From Elusimicrobiota bacterium (GTDB lineage Bacteria; Elusimicrobiota; Elusimicrobia; UBA1565), in the NCBI GenBank assembly GCA_041650695.1, contig JBAZKS010000008.1:6080-70079 (forward strand): 64,000 bases of DNA, read 5' to 3'. This document shows positions 52,836 to 61,735 of the stretch, in pieces (positions within the stretch are counted from its first letter, which is position 1; every line of letters starts with the position of its first letter). Below the pieces are notes generated by a model. It saw only the letters and a program-made list of their open reading frames with translations, ran no database searches and was not told the origin of the DNA. The translations under genes and the position numbers were made by a program.

Positions 52836-55800
52836 CGCATCCCCTCCGGGAGCTCCTCTCCCGCCGGATCCTTGTCCTGGACGGCGCCATGGGCACCGAG
52901 CTCCAGGCCCTGGGTCTGAGGCCCGAGGACTTCGGCGGCGCCTCCCACGAGGGGTGCAACGAGCACCTCGTGTTCACCCGGCCGGATATCGTCCGCGCCG
53001 TCCACGCGAGCTACCTGGAAGCCGGGGCGGACATCATCGAGACGAACACCTTCGGGGCGCTGCGCCATGTGCTGGCCGAGTACGGCCTGGCCGAGCGGGC
53101 CGCCGAACTGGCCCGGACCGGAGCCTCCCTCGCGGCCGCGGAAGCGCGGCGCTTCCACTCCCCGGACAAGCCCCGCTTCGTGGCCGGCTCCCTGGGCCCG
53201 GGGACCAAGTCCATCTCCCTGACCGGCGGCATCGGCTTCGACGAGGTGCGCAGGAACTACGCGGAGGCGGCCCGCGCCTTGGTCGAGGGAGGCGCGGATC
53301 TCATCCTCCTGGAAACGCAGCAGGACACGCTCAACGCCAAAGCGTCCCTGCTGGGCATCCGGGATGCGTGCGAGGCGCTGGGCCGCGCCGTCCCGACGGC
53401 GGTCTCGGTCTCCATAGAATCCACGGGGACGATGCTCGCGGGGCAGAGCCTGGAGGCCTTCTATCTCTCGGTGGAGCACCTGGATCTGCTGGCCGTGGGC
53501 ATGAACTGCGCCACTGGCCCGGATTTCATGAGCGACCACCTGCGCTCCCTGGCCGGGGTCTCGCGCCTGCCCATCCTCTGCTTCCCGAACGCGGGCCTCC
53601 CGGACGAACACGGCCGCTACCTCGAGAGCCCCGTGGAATTCGGCGCGAAGCTGCGCCGCTTCTGCGAGCAGGGCTGGGTGCACATCGCGGGCGGCTGCTG
53701 CGGCACCACGCCGGAGCATATCCGCGCCCTGGCCGCGGCCGTCAAGGGCGTCAAACCCCGGCCTCCGGCGGCCGGGCCCGCGGCGTCCTTGAGCGGGCTC
53801 GAGCCCCTCTTCTTCGATCCGGACCGCCGGCCCGTCCTCATCGGAGAACGCACCAACGTCATCGGCTCCAAGAAATTCCGGGAGCTCGTCGCCGCCGACG
53901 ACTTCGATGCCGCCGCGGAGACCGGCCGCCAGCAGGCCCGCCTGGGAGCTCAGGTGATCGACGTCTGCCTGGCCAACCCGGACCGGGACGAGCGCGCGGA
54001 CATGGGCCGCCTGCTCGACACGCTGGCCAAAAAGGTCAAGATCCCGTTCATGATCGACTCCACCGACCCGGCCGTGGTGGAGGAGGCGCTGAAACGCTGC
54101 CAGGGGAAAGCCGTCATCAATTCCGTCAACCTCGAGGAGGGCGAGGGCCGCTTGCGCCGCATCGTCCCCCTGGCCCGGAGCTACGGCGCCGCGCTCGTGG
54201 TCGGCATGATCGACGAGGACAAACAGGCGGGCATGGGAGTCACGCGAGAGCGCAAACTCGCCATCGCCCGGCGCAGCCATGAGCTTCTGACCGGAAAATA
54301 CGGCATGCGGCCCGAAGACCTCTACCTCGACCCGCTCACCTTCCCCTGCGCCACCGGGGACAAAGCCATGGCGGGCTCCGCGGTCGAGACGATCGAGGCC
54401 CTGCGCCTGATCAAGGCGGAGTTCCCGCGAGTCAAGACCCTGCTCGGCGTTTCCAACGTCTCCTTCGGCCTGCCTAAAGCCGGCCGCGAGGTGCTCAACG
54501 CGGTGTTCCTGCATCATTGCGTGGAGGCCGGCCTGGACCTGGCCATCGTGAACGTGCAGGGCCTGGCCCGGTACGCGACGCTCCCCGAGGAGGAGCGGCG
54601 CCTGGCCGAGCGCCTGCTCTTCGAAAAGGACCCGCCGGTGGCCGAGTTCGCGAACCGCTACCGGAACGTCCAGGCCAAGGCCGAGGAGAAGCACCCCTTC
54701 GAAGGGCTGAGCGCGGAGGAGCGGCTCTTCCGAAAAGTGGTCGAGGGCTCGAAAGAGGCCTTGATTGGCGACCTCGACGGCCTGCTCAAGACCCGAGGCC
54801 CCCTGGAGATCATCAACGGCCCCCTGCTGCGGGGCATGGCCGAGGTCGGCCGGCTCTTCGGCGACAACAAGATGATCGTGGCCGAGGTGCTGCAGTCCGC
54901 GGAGGTCATGCGGGCCTCGGCGGCCCATCTCGAGGGCTTCATGGACAAGGGCTCCGCCGCGGCCAAGGGGAAGCTGCTGTTGGCCACGGTCAAGGGCGAC
55001 GTGCACGACATCGGCAAGAACCTGGTGCACATCATCTTCGCCAACAACGGCTACGAGGTGCTGGATCTGGGGATCAAGATCGCCCCGGAGGCCCTCATCC
55101 AGGAGGCCAAGCGCTTCGGACCGGATCTGATCGGCCTTTCCGGGCTCCTGGTCAAGTCCGCCCAGCAGATGGCCTCCACGGCGGAGGACCTCGCCTCGGC
55201 AGGCATCCAGGCGCCCATCCTAGTGGGAGGCGCGGCGCTCACCCCGCGTTTCACCGCGAACAGGATCGCGCCCAAGTACGAGGGCCCGGTGTTCTACGCC
55301 AAGGACGCCATGGCCGGCCTGGCCCTGGCCGAGGAGCTGCGGGATGCGGGGAAGAGAGAGGAACGGATCAGACTGAACGACAAGAGGCAGAAGGAATTCC
55401 TCATAGAGAACGACAACACGGCGGCAGAGAACAGCTCGTCCTCAAGGGCCGCGACAGCGGCCCTTGAGGATATCCCGAATCGCCCGGGCAACGTCATCGG
55501 ATGCCCGGGCACCGCGGATAAAGATGTTCCCCCCATCCCGCAGCCGCCCGACCTGAAGATGCACGTCCTCACGGACATCCGCCTCGATGATATCTTCAAG
55601 TACCTCAATCCCTTGATGCTGTACGGCAAGCACCTGGGGCTCAAGGGGAACCTCGAGCGCCTGCTCGCGGCCGATGACCCCAAGGCCGTGGAGCTCCACA
55701 AGAAGGTCACCGCTCTGCAGGAGGAGGCCGTCTCCGGAAAGCTCATCGTCCCGAAAGGGCTGTTCAGGTTCTTCCCGGCCCGGTCCGAAGGAGACGACAT

Positions 55801-56311
55801 CGTGCTCTACGATTCGCCTTCAGGCGGGAAGGCGCTGGAGCGCCTGCATTTCCCGCGCAAAGGCTCCTGCCTGGCCGACTACCTCGCCTCGGACAGGATG
55901 GATTATCTCGCCCTCTTCGTGGTCACCTGCGGGCATGGCGTGGCCGCCCGGGCCGCATCCCTGCGGGAGGCGGGCGAGCTCCTGAAGTCGCACGCGCTCT
56001 CGGCTTTGGCCATCGAGTCCGCCGAGGCCTTCGCCGAGCTCCTGCACGAGAGGATCCGGGCCATGTGGGGCTTCTCGGACGCGCCGGACCTGAGCCTGCG
56101 GGACAAGTTCCAGGCCCGCTACCGCGGCAAGCGCTACAGCCTGGGCTATCCGGCCTGCCCGAACATCGAGGACCAGGCCAAGCTCTGGCGCCTGCTCGAA
56201 CCGGACCGCCTGATCGACGTGCGCCTGACCGAGGGCTTCATGATGGAGCCCGAGGCCTCGGTCTCAGCCATGGTCTTCCATCACCCCGAAGCCCGGTATT
56301 TCTCGGTGTAA
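52832..56311 (+). CDS. metH: Cobalamin-dependent methionine synthase MetH
   Basis: 1159 aa. All four modules are present: Hcy-binding (S-methyltransferase), pterin-binding, B12-binding (DVHDIGKN, the DxHxxG motif) and AdoMet activation domain. ATGA overlap with the upstream gene. Confidence 0.9.
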   Translation: MTHPLRELLSRRILVLDGAMGTELQALGLRPEDFGGASHEGCNEHLVFTRPDIVRAVHASYLEAGADIIETNTFGALRHVLAEYGLAERAAELARTGASLAAAEARRFHSPDKPRFVAGSLGPGTKSISLTGGIGFDEVRRNYAEAARALVEGGADLILLETQQDTLNAKASLLGIRDACEALGRAVPTAVSVSIESTGTMLAGQSLEAFYLSVEHLDLLAVGMNCATGPDFMSDHLRSLAGVSRLPILCFPNAGLPDEHGRYLESPVEFGAKLRRFCEQGWVHIAGGCCGTTPEHIRALAAAVKGVKPRPPAAGPAASLSGLEPLFFDPDRRPVLIGERTNVIGSKKFRELVAADDFDAAAETGRQQARLGAQVIDVCLANPDRDERADMGRLLDTLAKKVKIPFMIDSTDPAVVEEALKRCQGKAVINSVNLEEGEGRLRRIVPLARSYGAALVVGMIDEDKQAGMGVTRERKLAIARRSHELLTGKYGMRPEDLYLDPLTFPCATGDKAMAGSAVETIEALRLIKAEFPRVKTLLGVSNVSFGLPKAGREVLNAVFLHHCVEAGLDLAIVNVQGLARYATLPEEERRLAERLLFEKDPPVAEFANRYRNVQAKAEEKHPFEGLSAEERLFRKVVEGSKEALIGDLDGLLKTRGPLEIINGPLLRGMAEVGRLFGDNKMIVAEVLQSAEVMRASAAHLEGFMDKGSAAAKGKLLLATVKGDVHDIGKNLVHIIFANNGYEVLDLGIKIAPEALIQEAKRFGPDLIGLSGLLVKSAQQMASTAEDLASAGIQAPILVGGAALTPRFTANRIAPKYEGPVFYAKDAMAGLALAEELRDAGKREERIRLNDKRQKEFLIENDNTAAENSSSSRAATAALEDIPNRPGNVIGCPGTADKDVPPIPQPPDLKMHVLTDIRLDDIFKYLNPLMLYGKHLGLKGNLERLLAADDPKAVELHKKVTALQEEAVSGKLIVPKGLFRFFPARSEGDDIVLYDSPSGGKALERLHFPRKGSCLADYLASDRMDYLALFVVTCGHGVAARAASLREAGELLKSHALSALAIESAEAFAELLHERIRAMWGFSDAPDLSLRDKFQARYRGKRYSLGYPACPNIEDQAKLWRLLEPDRLIDVRLTEGFMMEPEASVSAMVFHHPEARYFSV

Positions 56312-56439
56312 GCCGCAGCGGCACCGAACCCCTTCTTGCGCCGCCCCGCACCGACCACCACCACGCCCTGCGCCGCTGTCAAGAAAATCTGGAGCTAGAA
56401 ACAGAAAAATCATTATCCCATATGCATTTTTCTATTTTC

Positions 56440-56457
56440 AATGATGGCGCCATCATT
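56440..56457. promoter_or_regulatory. 18-bp perfect palindrome AATGATGGCGCCATCATT inside an AT-rich island; candidate operator or recombination site
   Basis: The palindrome lies inside a ~140-bp segment (about 56380-56525) of roughly 30-35% GC, in a locus that is otherwise about 65-70% GC. Confidence 0.3.
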
Positions 56458-56548
56458 AGAAATGAAAAAACGACGGCATCCGAAAGATATTTTCTCTTCA
56501 AGGTCCAGATGAGGGAACTTTCTTAGGGTCCCGCTCGTACTAGCTGTT

Positions 56549-57562
56549 ATGGAAGACAGCGAACGCGAGGATGGACTCGGTCTCATAGGCGGACTCGAAG
56601 GCTCCAAGAACCCCGGGGATGTGCTGGACCTCGTGAGCATGACGAAGGGGAGCCTGGTCAATGTCGAAACCGCGCGCGACATCGAAACAGAGATAAACCA
56701 CTGCACGAGACTGAACGATACCGAGCTCTGGGAAGGCCTGCCCCGGCTGGCCCGTGGGGAGCGGGAACAGCTCGCCAAATTCCTCATTCACCTGGGAGAG
56801 ATTGAACGAAGAGACCTGCATCTCGATCACGCCCACTCAGGCTTGTTCACCTATCTGGTGATGCTGGGATTCTCTGAATGGGAGGCGCGCGCTCGAGCCG
56901 TAGCCGCGCATAAGGCGCGGGACTTTCCGTCCATCCTGACCCTGCTGGCCACGGGCCGTCTGCACCTGTATGCGGTGGTGCTGCTCGCGCCGCACCTGAC
57001 CTCGGAGAACCACGAATCCCTACTCAACAAAGCCTGCCGAAGGACCACTCGCGAACTCCAAGCCATGATCGCCGCAATGGACCCGGGTACAGCCAGGCGG
57101 GATGTCATCCGAGTCGTTTCAGCCCCTGCGCCCGCGGCCTCGCTGGACAACGGACCCGACGCAGGGGGTGCGTCATGCGCGACACCGGCGTTCCCTCCGG
57201 CTGCGAGTCCGGCTTCCGCCCCGCCTCCTGACGGAGGCGACATCCTGTTCCCCGAGTTTGGAGCACCTCCGCATCCGGGCTCTCCGGCGGACGGCGCAGC
57301 GTCGACTGCGATGCGACCCGCGGACTGCTGCGGCCAAGCGGGCTCGACCCGCCTTCGGTTCTCTTTCGACGGCGACGAGGAGCTCGAAAAGTCGTTCCGG
57401 AGGGCGCAGGAGCTGCTCAGGCACAAGTATCCCTACGGCGCCATGGGACACATCTTCCACGATGCGCTGCAGGCGCTGCTGGACCGCATCGATCCGGACC
57501 GGCGCATCGCGAGGAAGCTGGCCAGGGCAAGACGGCGCGGTAGGCTGGGAGCAACGCAATGA
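56549..57562 (+). pseudogene. DUF222-like (HNH endonuclease N-terminal region-like) ORF lacking the HNH nuclease domain; probable truncated mobile-endonuclease remnant
   Basis: 337-aa ORF with DUF222-like helices (FLIHLGEIERRDLHLDHAHSGLFTYLVMLGF...LATGRLHLYAVVLL) and a low-complexity Ala/Pro tract. It terminates inside the first copy of the 63-bp tandem repeat before any CxxC/HNH motif. Confidence 0.35.
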
Positions 57563-57753
57563 CCTACCGTGCCGAGGCATCCGATGCCGTTGCCTCGGCG
57601 CAGTGGGCTGGGAGCAACGCCGTGACCTACCGTGCCGAGGCATCCGATGCCGTTGCCTCGGCGCAGTGGGCTGGGAGCAACGCCGTGACCTACCGTGCCG
57701 AGGCATCCGATGCCGTTGCCTCGGCGCAGTGGGCTGGGAGCAACGCCGTGACC
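57531..57753. repeat. Tandem direct repeat, 63-bp unit x ~3.5 copies, each with a 9-bp-stem hairpin
   Basis: Unit ggctgggagcaacgcCGtgacctaccgtgccgaggcatccgatgccgttgcctcggcgcagtg spans 57542-57604, 57605-57667, 57668-57730, with a partial copy to ~57753. Copy 1 differs only at CAATGA vs CCGTGA. The internal inverted repeat is GCCGAGGCA-11nt-TGCCTCGGC. Confidence 0.85.
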
Positions 57754-57794
57754 TCGAGGAATAGGGCCGAAGAATGTGGTAAGTTCTTTTCCTG

Positions 57795-59426
57795 ATGACG
57801 CTCCAGGCGGTCCTGCTTCCTTTGTCGTTCCTCTTTCTGGGCCACGCCGCGGCCCCCCAGAAATCCCGTACGCCCCAGGACGCCCTGCGCGAGATGGAAC
57901 TCATCTGCGCGCGGCAGGCCAAGCTCCACCCCGCGGACGCCAGGCCCCTGGAAGCCAAGCTGGAAGCCTACGCCGTCGAGTTCCGCTCCTTCGGCCGAAA
58001 AGCCACGCCGCTGCTCTCCTGGTACATCCGCAACCAGGAAAGGCCTCTCAAGATGCGGCTCTACGCCGCCGCGTTCCTGGGCATGATCGCGGACCCGGCC
58101 GGCCTGACGAGCCTGAAGGCCTGCGTGCGCGACCCGGAAGAGGACGCGGGGCTCCGCTCCGCGGCCCTCCTGAACATCGGCTCGCTGGGGCTGAGCCCCC
58201 ATGACCTGCGGCCGTTCCTGGAGGAAGCCGCGGCTCTCAAGAACCCGGAACCCGTAATCCGGGAAGCCTTTTCCCAGCTCTCGGACATAGGCTGCTCGGA
58301 CGTGAAGCTGGCCGCGAAAGCCGCGAAGCGCCATGGCTCGGACCCGGAGGGGGCTGAAGCGGCGACAGCCGCCCACGCGGTCCTGGCCCTGTCTCGGTGC
58401 CCCTCCAAGGACGCGGACCCCGCGCTCCTCAAGCTCCTGCGCTACTTCAAGAAGGGCTCGACGCTCCGCGGCAAGGTCCTCTCCGGCCTGACGTGGCGCT
58501 GGCTCGCGGCCAAACCCGTGGACCTCGGACCTAAGTCCCTGTCCGGCGAAGACATCGACGACATCACGGACGTGGTGTTCCAGGAGAAAGAGGTCCCGGC
58601 CCTGCAGGCCTGCCGCCTGCTCGGCGGCTTGGCGGACAAGCGGGCCACCACCGGGCTGGTGCGCGCCCTGAGCAGGGTGCAGGACCCCATGGTGGTCGCC
58701 GAGGCGGCGCAGGCCCTGGCATCCATCGGCGACCCGAAGGCCGCGGAGCCGCTTCGCAGGCTCCATCAGGGCCTCGCCTCGGACCCCAGGTTCTCGGCCG
58801 CCCGGATCGACCCCAAGCCCTACGCCTTGACGATCCAGCGGGCTGCGGAGCTGTTCGAAGCTCCGGCCCCGGAACAGGCTCCGGCGGAGCCGGCCCCCGA
58901 AAAAGCCCTCGCGTTCCGCTACGAGGGCTGGCCGGGCTCGGGCCAGCCCAAGCCTTCCTGGAGCGGGGCCGTGGAGAGCCTTTCCCTGCTCGAGTCCCCC
59001 CGCCGGGGCTCGAAGGTCTCGGCCACGTTCAAGCCGGTCCCGGGGACCGTCTTGGAGTTCGACGAATCCTGGGTCATCACCGTGACCCCGGGCCGGGCCA
59101 GGGCGAAGCGCGCGGTGACATTGGACGCCCGGCAGCTCGGGCCCGCGGCCGAGCTCCCCCGCTCCAAGTACGACGGGCCGGCGGTGCGCAAGGACCTCGT
59201 CCTGAAGGATGGAGACCGGGTGGAAGTGCTCTCCTACCGGGAAGAGGGGCAGTGCTTCCTGCGCTTGGGCCCGCAGGTCTTCCTCGCCCCCTGCCCGCAG
59301 GACGACCCGTCGGCGTTCGACATGCTGGAGGAGCCGGATGTGGAATGGTGGCTCCATGCCAAGCTGCGCGCCGCGCAGGGCTGGTTCGAGTCGAAGAACG
59401 AAGGGGTGGAGTTCCTGCAGCGCTAG
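57795..59426 (+). CDS. Secreted HEAT/PBS-lyase-like repeat protein
   Basis: Signal peptide LLPLSFLFLGHAAA and repeated ...D(P/E)xxR..A..ALG.IG... HEAT-like units. Confidence 0.55.
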   Translation: MTLQAVLLPLSFLFLGHAAAPQKSRTPQDALREMELICARQAKLHPADARPLEAKLEAYAVEFRSFGRKATPLLSWYIRNQERPLKMRLYAAAFLGMIADPAGLTSLKACVRDPEEDAGLRSAALLNIGSLGLSPHDLRPFLEEAAALKNPEPVIREAFSQLSDIGCSDVKLAAKAAKRHGSDPEGAEAATAAHAVLALSRCPSKDADPALLKLLRYFKKGSTLRGKVLSGLTWRWLAAKPVDLGPKSLSGEDIDDITDVVFQEKEVPALQACRLLGGLADKRATTGLVRALSRVQDPMVVAEAAQALASIGDPKAAEPLRRLHQGLASDPRFSAARIDPKPYALTIQRAAELFEAPAPEQAPAEPAPEKALAFRYEGWPGSGQPKPSWSGAVESLSLLESPRRGSKVSATFKPVPGTVLEFDESWVITVTPGRARAKRAVTLDARQLGPAAELPRSKYDGPAVRKDLVLKDGDRVEVLSYREEGQCFLRLGPQVFLAPCPQDDPSAFDMLEEPDVEWWLHAKLRAAQGWFESKNEGVEFLQR

Positions 59427-59444
59427 CCCTACGGGCTAGCGCTG
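59418..59444. terminator. Bidirectional terminator-like hairpin between convergent genes
   Basis: CAGCGCTAGCCC-tac-GGGCTAGCGCTG is a perfect 12-bp stem with a 3-nt loop. It overlaps the HEAT-protein stop codon and faces the convergent DUF350 gene. It is GC-rich with no T tract. Confidence 0.45.
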
Positions 59445-59552
59445 CCCCCGACGGCGACAACGACTATCTCATTATGAGGATCTTCCTCAGAAACAGTAAT
59501 AGTCATTTTCTGCGGAGAAGATGCCGTTCAGGAAGGAGCTTTCAGCAGCCCG

Positions 59553-60098
59553 TCAGCGCATGATCTGCATGCGCCCGACGTTCGGCTTCGGGATCAGGGC
59601 CTTGGACAAGGCTTTCACGCCCTCTCCCACGAACAGGGACACGATGATGACCACGCCGGAGAGCACCACGCCCATGGCCACGTTCCCCTTCTCGAGTTCC
59701 TTGCCCGGCCGGGTGTCCTTGGTGCGCATGAGCCGGCCGATGACGCGCAGGGAGAAAGACATCGTGAAGACCACGATGATGAACGCCAGGACCAGGTTCC
59801 CGCTCGCGTGCAGCACAAGCTTCCATTGCCCGGCCTTCTCCACCAGGGGGCTCGTCAGGTAGAGGTGGATGGTCTCGGCCACGGGCCGGAACGCCTGGTG
59901 CATGATGTTCGCCGAAGCCAGGAGCAGGGCCGCGATGAGCACGCCGACCGCGACGTTGCCCCGCAGGAGCTCCTTGTCCTCGTCGAAATCCGTGTTCGTC
60001 TTGATGAGCGCCCGCAGGGTCATATAGACGACCCCGATGGCCAGGGCGATGGTGAAAAGGAGCTCGCCGAAGGAGACTGCGATCTTGATCAGGTCCAT
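59553..60098 (-). CDS. Membrane protein with duplicated DUF350-like modules
   Basis: 181 aa with an internally duplicated architecture: GELLFTIALAIGVVYMTLRAL...GNVAVGVLIAALLLA and GKELEKGNVAMGVVLSGVVIIVSLF. Confidence 0.55.
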   Translation of the reverse strand: MDLIKIAVSFGELLFTIALAIGVVYMTLRALIKTNTDFDEDKELLRGNVAVGVLIAALLLASANIMHQAFRPVAETIHLYLTSPLVEKAGQWKLVLHASGNLVLAFIIVVFTMSFSLRVIGRLMRTKDTRPGKELEKGNVAMGVVLSGVVIIVSLFVGEGVKALSKALIPKPNVGRMQIMR

Positions 60099-60139
60099 AG
60101 GAGGCCCTATTCTACATTATTGCCAGAAATGGTACATTG

Positions 60140-60650
60140 CCGACGGGACATGACGCCCCGCATCGCCGTATATCCCGGAAGTTTCGACCCGGTCACCAAC
60201 GGGCACCTGGACATCGTCCTGAGGGCCGGCCGGATCTTCGGCCGCGTGATCGTCGCGGTGTCCAACGCCCCGCACAAAGTCCACACTTTCTCCACGCGCG
60301 AACGCGTGGCGATGCTGCGCGAGTGCGTCAAAGGCATGTCCACCGTGGAGGTGGACACCTTCTCCGGCCTGCTGGTGGACTACGTGCTCTCCAAGAAGGC
60401 CACGGTCCTCATCCGGGGGCTGCGCGTGGTCAGCGACATGGACTACGAGTTCCAGATGGCCTCCATGAACCGCCGCCTGCACCCGGAGATCGAGACCGTC
60501 TTCCTCATGCCGGCGGACCGCTACACCTATCTCTCGTCCTCCATCGTCAAGGAAGTCACGCGCATGGGAGCCCATGTGGAGCAGTTCATCCCTCCGCCGG
60601 TGCAGCGGCGGCTGCGCTTAAAATTCGCCGCGGGAGGCAAGCGTCCATGA
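60140..60650 (+). CDS. coaD: Phosphopantetheine adenylyltransferase CoaD
   Basis: 170 aa. IAVYPGSFDPVTNGHLDIV (HxGH) and RGLR...SS..KE motifs. Confidence 0.9.
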
Positions 60651-61108
60651 TGAACCGGCGCCGGAAGCTCATGATCGAGCCGCGGTTCCAGATGCAGTTC
60701 ATGCTGCAGATCGCCGGCTGGGTGACGCTGGCGACCCTGATCACCGCGGTCGTGGCTTGCGGGGTCCTGGCCGTCATGGAGAGCCGCATGGCCGGCGACT
60801 TCTTCTACATCACCCGGGCCGCGGGCGCGCACCCGCGCTGGTTCAGTCTGAGCCAGCTCATCCTGCCGGCCCTGGTCATCTCGCTCCCCATCAACCTTCT
60901 GCTGACTTTGGTCTTCGCCCTCTACTACTCCAACCGGCTGGCCGGCCCCCTGCACCGCCTCACCCAGGACATCCTGCGCTTGGCACGGGGCGAGAAGACC
61001 CGTCTCGATTTCGCGCTCCGGGATGCCGATGAGATGCAGGAGGTTGCGCACGCCTTCGACGCGCTCCTGAAGACCCTGACCGAAAAGGGCTATCTAAAGG
61101 AGCAATGA
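60647..61108 (+). CDS. Small membrane protein (two TM segments, HAMP-like C-terminal helix)
   Basis: 153 aa. ATGA overlap with coaD. TM1 IAGWVTLATLITAVVACGVLAV and TM2 LILPALVISLPINLLLTLVFAL. Confidence 0.4.
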   Translation: MMNRRRKLMIEPRFQMQFMLQIAGWVTLATLITAVVACGVLAVMESRMAGDFFYITRAAGAHPRWFSLSQLILPALVISLPINLLLTLVFALYYSNRLAGPLHRLTQDILRLARGEKTRLDFALRDADEMQEVAHAFDALLKTLTEKGYLKEQ

Positions 61109-61731
61109 CCCCTAGGCTCGCGGCCCTGCTTCTGGCGGCTGCGGCCCTGTCCGTGCCCTCCCGCGGAGCGTCCGGCCTCGGCCGCGAGCCGGCCCATGAG
61201 CCGGCGGCTCCGACGGACGCCGTCTTCGACCCGGTGCTCCGCGGCATCGAGCTCAAGATGCCCGAGTACCTCGCCATCGAGGAAAGCGGCGTACGCGTCC
61301 CGGCCGAGACCATCGAGCTGGGGCAGTCGAGCGAGCAGTACCGCTGCTGGCGGCTGCGCCTGACCGGCGGACACGGCAAGCAGGCCCGCTCGCTGCTCGA
61401 GCGGCTGTCCTCGCTGCAGACCCATCTCAAGGACCTGCGGGCCAACCTCCTGCGCGACATGGCCCGCTACGAAGGGGCGCCGAAGCCCAACCCCGACCTG
61501 GAGTCCCGCGTCGCCTCGCAGAAAGCCGCCCTGGACGAGCTCGCGGCCCGCTTCAACGACCTCGTGAAACTGGGGACGCGGACCGGATTCCTGGTCGAAT
61601 CGGAGAACGCCCTGCTCGGCGGCAAACGCCGGCTGTCTCCGGTCATCCGCAAGGAAGACTACACCATGGTCCATGACGCGTCCGCGCCCGGCTGCCCCCC
61701 CAAGGAGCCCGGCGGGAACCCCGGAGGATAG
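61105..61731 (+). CDS. Secreted hypothetical protein
   Basis: 208 aa with signal peptide LAALLLAAAALSV. ATGA overlap with the upstream gene. Confidence 0.4.
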   Translation: MTPRLAALLLAAAALSVPSRGASGLGREPAHEPAAPTDAVFDPVLRGIELKMPEYLAIEESGVRVPAETIELGQSSEQYRCWRLRLTGGHGKQARSLLERLSSLQTHLKDLRANLLRDMARYEGAPKPNPDLESRVASQKAALDELAARFNDLVKLGTRTGFLVESENALLGGKRRLSPVIRKEDYTMVHDASAPGCPPKEPGGNPGG

Positions 61732-61735
61732 GGCG

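Noticed and set aside
52646-55030. 794-aa minus-strand ORF
   Set aside because: Antisense to metH, which is unambiguous on the plus strand.
56065-56526. 153-aa plus-strand ORF spanning the AT-rich island
   Set aside because: It starts inside the metH 3' region in another frame and ends in the AT-rich segment. It has no SD or domain and is more likely non-coding.
57531-57753. Possible CRISPR array
   Set aside because: The units are identical, directly abutting 63-mers with no variable spacers, and no cas genes are nearby. It is a tandem repeat, not a CRISPR.
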